A stretch of 64,000 nt of DNA from an uncultured Verrucomicrobiae bacterium. GTDB taxonomy: Bacteria; Verrucomicrobiota; Verrucomicrobiia; Limisphaerales; Palsa-1400. The DNA lies in NCBI GenBank assembly GCA_963702845.1, contig OY969763.1, positions 4,640,001-4,704,000 of the forward strand, in the 5' to 3' direction. The position numbers were made by a program, and so were the translations under genes. The notes beneath the pieces are model-generated. The model searched no databases and was not told the origin of the DNA. It worked only from the letters and a program-made list of their open reading frames with translations. Positions 30,401 through 41,300 of this stretch are shown here, piece by piece. How positions within the stretch are numbered: the stretch's first letter is position 1; the number at the start of each line of letters is the position of its first letter.

Positions 30401-30516
30401 CTGGAATCGTTGTGTTTCGAATCCCAAAGCCATTCCGCAGTTTGAGCATGGAGCGATGCGGCGCAACAGGCCACCGACGCAAACGACAAAACGACACGTA
30501 AAAACCGATAATTCAT
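27478..30516 (-). CDS. PVC-type heme-binding CxxCH protein (sugar-binding N-domain, beta-propeller dehydrogenase-like domain, HEAT-like region, cytochrome c)
   Basis: Signal peptide; 'PGFKVELL', 'GMRNTYD', 'CAQCH…GAVGPELT…ESIIEPS…SPMPEGL…DLVAYL'. Confidence 0.88.
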   Translation of the reverse strand: MNYRFLRVVLSFASVACCAASLHAQTAEWLWDSKHNDSSSNEVRYFRKTFDVPKPFVRAELVTTADDKGEVFINGQSVATIKDWKEAVVVDVTKHLHEGANVITARIENAGGKAGFIARLQTVHPTLGSNHQKFDAKQHAGLRWINVYVTDNSWLVSTEEAAGWKKIKFDDQAWKHAVKVGKMGDQPWGNVFTPPTATTAESLKVMPGFKVELLRSAGITEGSWVSMTVDPTGRLIVSPQHDGNLLRFTINKGKVAKVETIEQPVGEAMGLLYAEHSLFVNGKGPNGLGIYRMMDRGDYYDAPVLIRPMEKGEGEHGSHAIVLGPDQRLYVVNGNFTKRPADQSLDSPMFGYADDQLLPRAADGNGFGNGVLPPGGFVMRMDLDGRNPELFCAGMRNTYDIAFNNAGELFGFDSDMEWDWGTPWYRPTRVCHLVSGGDYGFREGSGKFQPYNQDTLPPIKNIGIGSPTGIKFGYASNFPEKYRNALFLLDWSYGRIMMMYPTADGASYSGEFETLLRGKPLNVTDIEFGNDGALYFLSGGRHTQAGLYRVTYVGKKMKSTETKEELAASWKARQARDLRHQLELYQGRRVPGAVDFSWPHLASSDRFIRYAARIAIESQEVGSWKDRALNETNVNAGLTALLALARCGDTESQAPLLKALKKFPIDTLSEDQELLKLRVIEVSCARQGKPSTELQQLAIEKLSPHYPARTEMLNREYCQLLLYLGAPDAISKTLSLLDKAPTQEEQIYYILRLRTITNGWTLDQRKQYFTWFDKDRTKLGHTGGILQYFADVERDYSDGSSFPKFMENFRKEAIDTLTAEDKFALTPVLPKDDTNKTAATVAPHKFVQAWKLQELLPSTEFLKRGRSFEKGKEAFAAAQCAQCHRFGNAGGAVGPELTAVSSRLAARDILESIIEPSKVVSEQFQNTTVFLKDGDDVTGRIVEEDDKKIVLVTDALKQTKKEVKKSDVQERRASKLSPMPEGLVNVLTKDEILDLVAYLQSGGKPKYHAFKK

Positions 30517-30647
30517 ATTGAAGCGGACCGAGGCAATCGACGCAAAGCCAGGGAACCGCATTCAAAATAAACAGTGCGACGATGTATTCAAGAATGAACA
30601 TCCGGCGAGGCCATGGTTGCGTGCAATTAAAAGTGGTGGTCGATGGC

Positions 30648-30719
30648 GGTAGGGCGAGGCGCCCGCCGAGCTTTGGTGCCTGCTACTCGTCCCGTAAAAG
30701 GCTCGGCGCTCGCCCTACC
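30648..30719. repeat. GTAG-type REP doublet (REPIN-like hairpin)
   Basis: GGTAGGGCGAG … CTCGCCCTACC terminal inverted repeat with inner GCCGAGCTTT/AAGGCTCGGC stem. Confidence 0.65.
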
Positions 30720-30906
30720 CGCTGAACTTGTGCAAACTGAAATGTCTGTTTAAGCTATTGTCCTTGCGCTGCATTCCCAGCCAGCGCCTCGCAGTTACGG
30801 CCCCGGTTCAGGCATAAAGCACTTGATCTAAGGTTTTTCGGCGACCCCGAATGAAATATTTAATGAACACGAAACTGTTTTTGAGCGTCAGGGAATACAC
30901 TACGTT

Positions 30907-33900
30907 ATGTGGATAGTCGCTCTGGCGTTACGACGCCCCTATACTTTCGTTGTTGCAGCCATCTTCCTGCTGCTGCTGGCGCCCTTGCTTATTCTCAATA
31001 CGCCTACCGATATCTTTCCGGCCATTAACATCCCGGTCATTAGCGTCATTTGGCAATATCAGGGCCTCGACGCGCAAAACATCGAGCAACGCATCGTTTA
31101 CAACCACGAACGGGCGATGACCGCGACGGTCAATGACATTGAGCACATGGAATCGACCTCTTACAATGGGGTCGGCGTCATCAAGGTCTTCCTGCAACCG
31201 GGCGCTTCCGTCGACGCCGGCGTGGCGCAAGTTACTGCCGTCGCCCAAACCGTCTTGCGCCAGATGCCACCCGGCCAAACGCCGCCGCTCATCATTCGCT
31301 ACAACGCATCGACGGTTCCGATTTTGCAATACAGCATCACGAGCAAAACGCTGCCTGAGCAGGAAATTTATGACATGACGTTGAACCAGGTGCGCGTCGG
31401 CTTATCGACTGTGCGCGGCGCAGTGATGCCTTGGCCATATGGCGGAAAAACGCGCGTCATCTCAGCGGATCTGGATTTAGCGGCGCTCAAATCGAAGGGA
31501 CTTTCGCCAGTTGACGTTGTCAGTGCGATCAGCGCGCAAAATCTAATCCTGCCCGGCGGCACGGCCAAGATCGGCTCGACCGAGTACGATCTGGAAGTGA
31601 ACGGCAGCCCGAAGTTGTTGAGTGACTTAAATAACCTGCCGATTAAAACGGTGAACGGCGCGACGATTTATGTTCGCGACGTGGCACAAATTCGGGACGG
31701 CTTTTTGCCGCAACAAAATGTCGTGCGCAAAGATGGTGTGCGCGGCGCGTTGCTCACCGTCTTGAAAACCGGGTCGGCTTCCACGCTTGATGTCGTGCAC
31801 CAGATCAAATCGCTTCTGCCCGGAATCCTGAGCACCGTCCCCCCGGAGTTGGAAGTCAAAGAATTTGCCGATCAATCGCTCTTCGTGAGCAACGCCATTT
31901 CCGACGTGTTGAAGGAAGGCACCATCGCCGCAGCCCTGACTGCTTTGATGATTCTCTTGTTCATCGGCTCATGGCGCAGCACGGTTATCATCGCAATTTC
32001 AATTCCGTTATCGGTGTTGAGCTCGGTCGTCGTCCTCAGCGCGCTTGGTGAGACAATCAATTTGATGACCATGGGCGGACTGGCGCTGGCCGTCGGTATT
32101 CTAGTCGACGACGCCACTGTCGAAATCGAAAACGTCCATCGCCAAATGGCCAGCGGCAAACCGCTCAAACAAGCCATTCTCGATGGCGCACAGGAAATCG
32201 CCCTGCCGGCATTCGTTTCGACGATCTGTATCTGCATCGTGTTCGTCCCGATGTTTTTCCTGACGGGCGTTGGCCGTTATCTGTTCGTTCCCCTGGCCGA
32301 GGCCGTTGTTTTCGCGATGCTTGCCAGCTATGTCATTTCCAGAACCTTGGTCCCGACCATGGTGATGTGGTTCTACCAGAACCATTCTTACTACGAGGAA
32401 CACGAAAACCGCCACGGCGCACACGTTCCACATTGGAAACGCCCACTCATCCGCTTCCAGGACAAGTTCGAAGCCGGTTTCGACAAGCTGCGCGAAGGTT
32501 ACGCATCGCTTCTCGAGGCCGTGCTCGCGCACCGAATCGCCTTTGCGTCTCTTTTCCTTGCGTTTTGCATCGCCACAATTTTCCTCATCCCGATTCTCGG
32601 GAGGGACTTCTTCCCGTCCGTTGACGCTGGTCAGATTCGACTGCACGTTCGCACTCGGAGCGGCATGCGCGTTGAGGAAACCGCGCGCACTGTGGACATC
32701 ATCGAGAGTGACATCCGCACTCAAATCCCGACGAGCGAATTGGAAGGAATGCTCGACAACATCGGAATTCCGAATTCCGGCATCGCGACCAGCTACAGTA
32801 ATAACGGGCTCATCGGCACGGGCGACGCCGACATTTTAATTTCGCTGAAGCGCGGCCATAAGCCAACCGATGAATACGTTCGCAAACTGCGGCGCACATT
32901 AAACGAGCGCTTCCCGGGAAATATTTTCTATTTCCTGCCCGCCGATATCGTGAGCCAAACGCTCAACTTCGGCATCCCTGCGCCGATCAACATCCAAATT
33001 ACCGGCCGCAATCAATCGAAGAACCGCGAAGTCGCCGCGCATCTCATTGAGAAAATGCGCAAGGTTCCTGGCGCTGTAGACGTTCGTATTCAACAGCCAG
33101 CCGATTTGGCAAAACTGCAATTTACCGTGGATCGCACGAAAGCCGAAGCAATGGGCCTGACCGAATCGGACGTCGCCAATCAACTGCTGCTCAGTGTCAC
33201 CGGCAGTGGCCAAGTGGCGCCGGCGTATTGGTTGAACCCGGAAATCGGCGTGCAATATCTCATCAACGTTCGCGCTCCTGAACGCGAACTCGATTCGATC
33301 GGCGCATTGCAATCGCTGCCGATCACGAAAGGCCAGCAAGGCATGGCGCAAGTTGTCGCGAATGTAGCCACTGTCACCCGCACCAACGGAGTGCCTGCAA
33401 TCTCGCATTTCAACGTAATGCCGGTGATCGACGTTTTTGGTAACGTCAGTGGTCGTGATCTCGGTGGCGTCATGCACGATTTGGGCCCGTTGATCAAACA
33501 GGCGGAAAAAGAATTGCCGCGCGGCAGCTTCATTAGTGTTCGCGGCCAGGCTCAAACCATGGACTCGAGTTTCAGCGGCCTTCTCTTTGGGCTCGTCGGC
33601 GCCATCATCCTTATTTACCTGCTGCTCGTCGTGAATTTCCAGAGTTGGCTCGATCCGTTCATTATTATCACGGCTCTGCCGGGCGCGCTTGCCGGTGTGG
33701 TGTGGGCGTTGTTCTTCACTTTCACTTCACTCAATGTTCCGGCGCTCATGGGAACAATCATGAGCCTCGGTGTCGCCACGGCCAATTCCGTGCTCGTTAT
33801 CACTTTTGCCCGCCTCAATCTCGAACGCGGGATGAGCCCACTCGACGCTGCACTCACCGCAGGAACCGGCCGGTTACGTCCCGTGTTAATGACCGCGCTG

Positions 33901-34116
33901 GCGATGGTTATTGGAATGTTGCCGATGAGTCTTGGACTGGGCGAAGGCGGCGAACAAAACGCGCCGCTCGGACGCGCGGTCATCGGCGGACTCGTTTGCG
34001 CCACCGTTGCGACGCTCTTTTTCGTGCCGGTCGTATTCAGCTTTTTACATCGCAATAAAAAAGCAGTCGCACCTCAACACCACGCACCGATCGCCGCAAC
34101 ACCAGAATTGGTATGA
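30907..34116 (+). CDS. RND efflux transporter permease (AcrB/CusA superfamily)
   Basis: 1069 aa; GILVDDATVEIEN, RLRPVLMTALA, LGRAVIGG. Confidence 0.93.
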   Translation: MWIVALALRRPYTFVVAAIFLLLLAPLLILNTPTDIFPAINIPVISVIWQYQGLDAQNIEQRIVYNHERAMTATVNDIEHMESTSYNGVGVIKVFLQPGASVDAGVAQVTAVAQTVLRQMPPGQTPPLIIRYNASTVPILQYSITSKTLPEQEIYDMTLNQVRVGLSTVRGAVMPWPYGGKTRVISADLDLAALKSKGLSPVDVVSAISAQNLILPGGTAKIGSTEYDLEVNGSPKLLSDLNNLPIKTVNGATIYVRDVAQIRDGFLPQQNVVRKDGVRGALLTVLKTGSASTLDVVHQIKSLLPGILSTVPPELEVKEFADQSLFVSNAISDVLKEGTIAAALTALMILLFIGSWRSTVIIAISIPLSVLSSVVVLSALGETINLMTMGGLALAVGILVDDATVEIENVHRQMASGKPLKQAILDGAQEIALPAFVSTICICIVFVPMFFLTGVGRYLFVPLAEAVVFAMLASYVISRTLVPTMVMWFYQNHSYYEEHENRHGAHVPHWKRPLIRFQDKFEAGFDKLREGYASLLEAVLAHRIAFASLFLAFCIATIFLIPILGRDFFPSVDAGQIRLHVRTRSGMRVEETARTVDIIESDIRTQIPTSELEGMLDNIGIPNSGIATSYSNNGLIGTGDADILISLKRGHKPTDEYVRKLRRTLNERFPGNIFYFLPADIVSQTLNFGIPAPINIQITGRNQSKNREVAAHLIEKMRKVPGAVDVRIQQPADLAKLQFTVDRTKAEAMGLTESDVANQLLLSVTGSGQVAPAYWLNPEIGVQYLINVRAPERELDSIGALQSLPITKGQQGMAQVVANVATVTRTNGVPAISHFNVMPVIDVFGNVSGRDLGGVMHDLGPLIKQAEKELPRGSFISVRGQAQTMDSSFSGLLFGLVGAIILIYLLLVVNFQSWLDPFIIITALPGALAGVVWALFFTFTSLNVPALMGTIMSLGVATANSVLVITFARLNLERGMSPLDAALTAGTGRLRPVLMTALAMVIGMLPMSLGLGEGGEQNAPLGRAVIGGLVCATVATLFFVPVVFSFLHRNKKAVAPQHHAPIAATPELV

Positions 34117-35261
34117 ACGAAGCCCCTATCAAAAAATCTTCAGGTCCCCTGCCCCGACTGAAACCTTGGGCGATCGGACTCGCTATTCTGTTCGCCATCG
34201 GATTTGTCCTCGGCATGTTGCCGCGCTGGAGACATACGAATGAACTCCGCGCTGAAACGCAGGACCTTGGTGTTCCCACCGTCATCGTCGCCAAGCCTGT
34301 CCCCGGCAAAGCTGAAGGCGGACTCAACTTGCCTGCCGAAGTGAAGGCGCGCATGGAATCGCCGATTTACGCCCGCGCCAGCGGTTATCTCACGCGGTGG
34401 AAAGTCGATCTCGGCGCCAGCGTTAAAAGCGGCGATTTGCTGGCCGAAATTGATGCGCCTGAATTGGACCAGGAAATCGAAGCGTCGCAGGCCGGTTTGG
34501 AACAAGCCAACGCCGCTCTCGCTCTCGCTAAAGTGACGGCCGAACGCTGGTCTGAATTGCTCAAGACCGCCAGCGTCAGCGAACAGGAAAACATCGAAAA
34601 AGCCGCCGACCTCAAGCTGAAAAAAGCTAACGTCGACGCGGCCAGCGCCAACCTTCATCGTTTGCAAGATTTGAAAAATTTCACGCACGTCATGGCTCCC
34701 TTCGACGGCATCATCACTGTGCGAGACATCGATGTCGGCGACCTTATCACGCCCGGCAAAGAACTGTTCCGCCTCGCCGACACCCGCACCTTGCGCATTT
34801 ACGTGCGCGTCCCCCAGTCTGCCACGCGGGGAATTTCAGTGGGAACAACCGCCGACATGATCGTGCCGGAAATGCCACAACGTAAATTCCCGGTCAAAGT
34901 CGTGCGCACCGCTGGCTCAATCGACGTCTCTTCGCGCACATTGCTGACCGAAATGGAAATCGACAACACGGCGGGGGAACTCGTCGCTGGCAGCTTCGCG
35001 CAAGTTACGTTCAACGACTCCGCCAAAGATCCCGCGCTAGTTGTGCCTTCAAATTGCCTACTCTTCCGCGCCGAAGGTCCTGAAGTGGGCATCGTCGCTG
35101 CAGACGGCCACGTGACGCTGCATCCGGTTATTATCGGACGCGACTTCGGTAAAACGTTGGAAATTCTTTCCGGCGTGCAGACGGGCGATCAGGTCATCAT
35201 CAATCCGGGCGATTCGCTCGTCACTGGCACGCTCGTGCGGGTTGCCACCGCAAAAGAATAG
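34113..35261 (+). CDS. RND periplasmic adaptor (membrane fusion protein)
   Basis: N-terminal TM, ARASGYL…VKSGDLLAEID lipoyl-like motif, APFDGII; ATGA overlap with the permease. Confidence 0.92.
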   Translation: MNEAPIKKSSGPLPRLKPWAIGLAILFAIGFVLGMLPRWRHTNELRAETQDLGVPTVIVAKPVPGKAEGGLNLPAEVKARMESPIYARASGYLTRWKVDLGASVKSGDLLAEIDAPELDQEIEASQAGLEQANAALALAKVTAERWSELLKTASVSEQENIEKAADLKLKKANVDAASANLHRLQDLKNFTHVMAPFDGIITVRDIDVGDLITPGKELFRLADTRTLRIYVRVPQSATRGISVGTTADMIVPEMPQRKFPVKVVRTAGSIDVSSRTLLTEMEIDNTAGELVAGSFAQVTFNDSAKDPALVVPSNCLLFRAEGPEVGIVAADGHVTLHPVIIGRDFGKTLEILSGVQTGDQVIINPGDSLVTGTLVRVATAKE

Positions 35262-35304
35262 TCACGAGCTGCCGGCGCGCTGCACCAGCATAAAAGCCCT
35301 GCTC

Positions 35305-35343
35305 AAAAGCAACAGCCCCGAGACGCTCACGCGCTCGGGGCTG
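35305..35343 (-). terminator. Intrinsic terminator of the giant surface-protein gene
   Basis: CAGCCCCGAG/CTCGGGGCTG stem followed on the minus strand by TTGCTTTT; lies between convergent genes. Confidence 0.65.
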
Positions 35344-35366
35344 CGATGTTTAAACTGTTTGCCTAA

Positions 35367-38300
35367 TTAAGGCAGTTCTTGCAACAGGAACTGACCGGCG
35401 TTCGTTCGGTAGAACAACCCAGCCGCCATCGACTGGTTCTGTAACACCACGCCTTTGATCTTGTCGGTCTTTTTATCGTTCGGATCCTGAAAGGAAGTTC
35501 CCATCAAACCGGTCGTTGCTGTGATCTTCAGGACAACCTTGTTGGTCGGGTTATAATTAGGATCCTGCACGACGCCCAATGCTTTAGTCACAATGTTGGT
35601 CACGCCTTTGCGATTCCCGTCGTAGAGGAATACCACACCATTTTTCGTCCAGTCATTGAAAGATATTGTGCTTGCCGAGTACGGCGAGCCGATGATCACA
35701 ATATTCGTGTTCGTGATTCCAGCCGGGAAGTTCGGTGTGGCTGGAGCAGTCGTAACGCTAGCCGGACGGAACCAATATAGATTTCCAGTCACGCCTTGCT
35801 GATCGCCCGTGAACTGCAGCCAACCCCACAGCACGCCGTTCGGGTTCTTCTTATACAATTCGCCGAACAATGGGAAGTGACCATCCGCTGAAGGTTTGCC
35901 AGCTTGCGCGACCCACGCGCTGCCGTCAGCCATCGTTCCGGCGATTGCGACATTTCCAGACTTCACGCGGTTGATAGCGCCGTATCCGTAACCATTCGGT
36001 GAATCGCCCTGCGGCGGCAACGCCATCGTGAAGCGTGCAGCGGCGGGAACTTCTGTCTTGTTGATATCGCGATACAAAGTCACGTTCGCAGTCCAACTGA
36101 CTGTCGTGACAGTTCCGGTGATGACACCGGTGAAGCCCGAACTCAGGTCGGCATACAGATCAACCGTCATCGCGGCCGCCGTGAAATGGCTGTGACCAGT
36201 CATATCGAAGCTGGCATTCTTGGCCGACACAGAGGTCTTCTGCCCACCGTTAATAACCTTTGCCGAGAACTTGTTAGCCGATGGATCAACGACCTCCGGC
36301 ATGCTGATGCTGATGTATCCAGCGCTGAGCGACCTAACAGTGGGTTCGGAGAACAAGCCACTGTAATTGCCTTTGATGTAGTAGAACGGATCTTCGAATC
36401 GCGCCACTAACGTTTTCGTCGGGTCAAAGACGTATGCGAATGTCAGGTCGGTTGAAAACAAAGTCGCATTCGCATTCGTGCTGTCGAACCAGCCAAGGAA
36501 ATGGCGGTTGGTCTTAGGCACCGCTGTGAGTGAGTAAGTCTTACCGATCATGACTTTCTTAACTTTATTGACAATGTCCGATGGCAAGATCGAAGCCGTG
36601 CTAGCGTTACCTTTATGCGGCCAATCCTGGATAACGACTACCAGCTTATTGGATGTTGCATAGAACACTACGGCGTTCGAGATCGTGGATTGATTGTTCT
36701 GATTATCGACCGCATAAACCGCGAATCTGTTCGTGCCCGCAAGCAGCGTCAATTGCGGGGTCGTCCAAGTCGCCGTGCCTGAGGCGACATGGTCCGCTCC
36801 GCCATTCAATGAGTAGTGAATTGAAGCGATCGGATTTTCGCCACTGGCCGTTCCATGGAACGTCCATGTCGGCTTGTTTGTGACGACATCTACGGATCCT
36901 GTGATTGTGACAGTTACTGTCGCCGCCGAGTTGATTGTGAACGTCTGCGTCTGGCTGGTGGCGTTTCCGCAAGCGTCGGTTGCAGTGTAGGTGCGTTGCA
37001 CCTGGAAGTGGTGCGCATCCACAACGTTGACGGTGGCGTCAGCCGAGTGGGTGACAGTTACGCCTGCGCCGCAATTGTCGGTGGCGGTAATGAGGCTGTC
37101 GTTAGCCGCTGGAATTTGGTTGATTGATGTGTAAGTCGCATCAGCCGGGAAGCCAGTGATTGTCGGAGCCGTCGAATCGTCCACAGTGATTGTCTGCGAT
37201 TGGCTAACTACCGTGCCGCAAGCGCTGGTCGCATGATATGTGCGCGTGATGGTGTAGTGGTTTGCGCAGGTTTGACCGCTGATCACGTCTGCATCGTGGG
37301 TGATTGCAACAGCAGCACCGCAAGCGTCGCCGGCGGTAACGAGAGTGTCGTTCGCCGCAGGGACTGAACTCGCACATGAGTAAGTCGCATTCGCCGGGAA
37401 TCCGGTGATGACTGGCGCAACCGGTGTGACCGTGATCGTTTGCACCCCGGTGCTGGTGTTGCCAGAGGAGTCCGTCGCAGTCCATGTGCGCGTGATCGTG
37501 TAACTATCATGGCTGCAACCTGAGCCGGTTTGCGTTGAACTTTCAACAAGCGCCACGTTCGCAGTCGCATCACAATTGTCTGTCGCGGTCAAAGTCGGTG
37601 CTGTCGGCACTAATGCGCAGGTGGCCGTTGTGCTCGCAGGAACACCGACCAACGCAGGAGCGGTGCTATCCATTACCGTGATGATCTGGTGCCCCGTGCT
37701 GGTGTTGCCGCAAGCATCGGTTGCGGTCCATGTGCGAGTGATGGTGTAATTATTAGCAGACGAACCAGCGGTGGTTGTTTGGTTCATACTGACGTTCGGG
37801 TTGCTATCGCAGTTGTCGGTTGCGGTCGGAGTGGCCGCCGGTGGAACCGCGCTGCATTGAGCCGTTGTATTCGCAGGAACACCAGCGAGGACCGGCGCGG
37901 TCGTATCGACAACCGTAACCGTCTGCGTGGCGCTGCTGCTGTTGCCGCATGCGTCAGTGGCCGTCCATGTGCGCGTCAGCACATAACTATTAGCGCACGA
38001 CCCAGCGGCACTGGATTCATTGAAGCTGATGTGCGGATTGCTGTCACAATTGTCACTCGCGGTCGGCGTCGCGGCCGTAGGAACAGAACTGCATTGAGCG
38101 GTCGTGCTCGGAGGAACTCCGGCGAGAACAGGAGCAATCGAATCACTAACCGTAATTGTTTGGCTCGCCGTGCTGCTGTTGCCACAAGCATCCGTCGCAG
38201 TCCACGTGCGCGTCAGCACGTAGTTGCCGGCGCAGGAACCCGTCACGGTGGATTCGCTCAGAGTAACATGCGGATTGTTGTCGCAAGTATCCGTTGCAGT

Positions 38301-41300
38301 TGGCGTAGCGGCCGTCGGCACTGAACCGCATTGAGCCGTCGTGTTCGCAGGAACGCCCGCGAGCACCGGCCCAGTCGTATCAATAACCGTAATTGTCTGG
38401 CTTGCGCTGCTGTGGTTTCCGCAAGCATCGGTCGCTGTCCAGGTGCGCGTCAGCACATAGCTGTTGGCGCATGAACCAGTGACGGTCGATTCGTTCAAGC
38501 TGACGTGCGGGTTGCTGTCGCAATTATCCGTCGCAGTCGGCGTCGCAGCCGTAGGAATGGCATTGCATTGAGCGGTCGTGCTCGTAGGAACTCCCGCGAG
38601 AACCGGTGCAATTGTATCGATCACAGTAATGTGTTGGGCAGCGGTGCTGCTATTCCCGCAAACGTCGGTTGCCGTCCAGGTGCGAGTCAGCACATAGCTT
38701 CCAGCGCATGGACCGGTCGCGGTCGTTTCAGCAAAGCTGACTGTTGGATTACTATCGCAATTGTCCGTCGCAGTCGCGGTCGCGGCAGTTGAAACTGCGT
38801 TGCACTGAACCGTCACGTCGGCAGGAACACCGGCGATAATCGGAGCAATCGTGTCATGCACCGTAATCGTCTGCGTCTTCACTGAACTATTGCCGCAAAT
38901 ATCGGTTGCGGTCCAGGTGCGGGTGATAACGTAATTACCCGCACAAGAACCGTTCACCGTCGATTCGTTAAAGGTCAGAGTCGGATTGCTGTCGCAACCA
39001 TCGGTCGCGGTCGGGGAAGCAGCCCCAGGAACACTGTCGCATTGCACTGTCGTATTCGACGGAACACCCGTGATCACAGGGGCAGTCGTATCGATGACGG
39101 TAATCGTCTGCGTCGCCGAGCTGCTGTTGCCGCACGCGTCCGTCGCCGTCCAGGTGCGGCTCAACGTGTAGCTGTTGGTGCAGGTGCCATTCACACGCGT
39201 TTCGGACATTGAAACAGTCGCGTTGGTGTCGCAATTATCCGTCGCGGTCAAAGTTGCCGCGGTCGGAACCACATCGCATTGCACGGTGGCGTCAGCAGGA
39301 ACACCTGTGATCGTTGGCGCAGTCGTATCGTGGACGGTGATCGTCTGGCTGGCGCTGCTCGAATTTCCGGAAGCATCGGTGGCCGTCCAGGTGCGAGTCA
39401 GGACAAAGCTGCCAGCGCAAGAACCGGCGGCAGTGCTTTCAGCAACGCTGACGACCGGGTGCGGGTCGCAGTTGTCTGATGCGGTTGGTGTCGCCGCCGG
39501 GGAGATAGCGCTGCATTCAACTGTCGTATCGGCAGGCACGCCAGCGAGCGCGGGCGCGATCGAATCAAACGCCGTGATGTGCTGCGCTGCCGTGCTCGTA
39601 TTGCCGCAAGCATCCGTCGCCGTCCAGGTGCGCGTTATTACAAATTGACCAACCGTTGCGCCGTTCGAGATTGTTTCGGCCAACGAAACCACAGGTGCCG
39701 AATCGCAAGTATCGGTCGCTGTCGGGGTGGCGGCAGTTGGAACTGCATCGCATTGCACGGTCACATCAGCGGGAACACCGGCGATCACAGGAGCGGTCGA
39801 GTCGATGACGGTAATTGTTTGCGCTGCGGTGCTGGTGTTACCGCAGGCATCGGTCGCGGTCCAGGTGCGGGTCAGCACGTAGCTGTTGGAACACGAACCA
39901 GCCGCGCTCGATTCATTGAAGCTGATGCTCGGATTGTTGTCGCAAGTGTCGGTCGCTGTCGGGCTGGCGGCAGTTGGAACGGCGTCGCATTGAACGGTTG
40001 CGGCGGCAGGAACTCCAGCGATGACCGGCGCAGTCGTATCGATGACGGTGATCGTTTGGCTGGCGCTGCTGCTATTGCCGCAGGCGTCGGTCGCGGTCCA
40101 GGTGCGAGTCAGCACATAACTGTTGGTGCACGAACCGGCTGCGCTTGTTTGATTGAAGCTGATGGCGGCGTTGGTGTCGCAGTTATCCGTAGCTGTCGGT
40201 GAAGCGACCAAAGGAACGGCGTCACATTGAACCGTCGCATCGGCAGGAACACCGGCGAGTAAAGGTGCGGTTGTATCAATGACAGTGATTGTTTGTGTTG
40301 CGGTGCTGCTATTGCCGCAGACATCGGTCGCAGTCCAAACGCGGGTCAGCACAGAGCTGCCGGCACAGGAACCAGGAGCGTTCGTTTCGCTGAAGCTGAT
40401 TGTAGGATTACTATCACAGTTATCCGTCGCCGTTGGCGAAGCAGCGGTCGTTACTGCATCACATTGGACTGTGGCATCGGCAGGAACACCAGCAAGCACC
40501 GGTGCAGTCGTGTCGATCACAGTAACATGCTGCGTGCTGCTGCTGCTGTTGCCGCAGGCATCGCTCGCGGTCCACGTGCGGGTCAGCACGTAGCTGCCAG
40601 CGCAGGAACCAGTCGCGCTGGATTCATTAAAGCTGATATGAGGATTGCTGTCGCAGGTGTCAGTCGCGGTCGGAGTCGCCGCTGTCGGAACAGCATTGCA
40701 TTGCGCCGTTGCGTCCGCAGGAACTCCGGCGAGCACAGGTGCCACGGTATCAATCACTGTAATGGTTTGTGTCGCGGTGCTGCTGTTGCCACAGACGTCG
40801 GTCGCGGTCCAGACGCGGGTTAACACGTAGCTGTTGGCACATGTACCAGCCGCGCTGCTTTCATTGAGGCTGATCGTCGGATTGCTATCGCATGTGTCCG
40901 TCGCGGTTGCGGTGGCGGCGGTTGGAACTGCGTCGCATTGCACTGTCGCGTCAGCGGGAACACCGGCGATCACAGGAGCAGTCGTGTCGATCACAGTGAT
41001 TGTTTGCGCGGCGGTGCTGGTGTTGCCGCAGGCATCGGTCGCGGTCCATGTGCGGGTCAGCACATAACTATTGGCACAAGAACCAGCTGCACTCGATTCA
41101 TCGAAGCTGATGCTTGGGTTGGCGTCACAGGTATCCGTTGCTGTCGGAGTTGCCGCGGCAGGTACTGAATCACATTGCACCGTCGCATCAGCCGGAACGC
41201 CGGCGATTACTGGCGCAGTCGTGTCGATCACGTTGATCGTTTGGCTGGCGCTGCTGCTGTTGCCGCAGGCATCTGTCGCAGTCCATGTGCGGGTCAGCAC

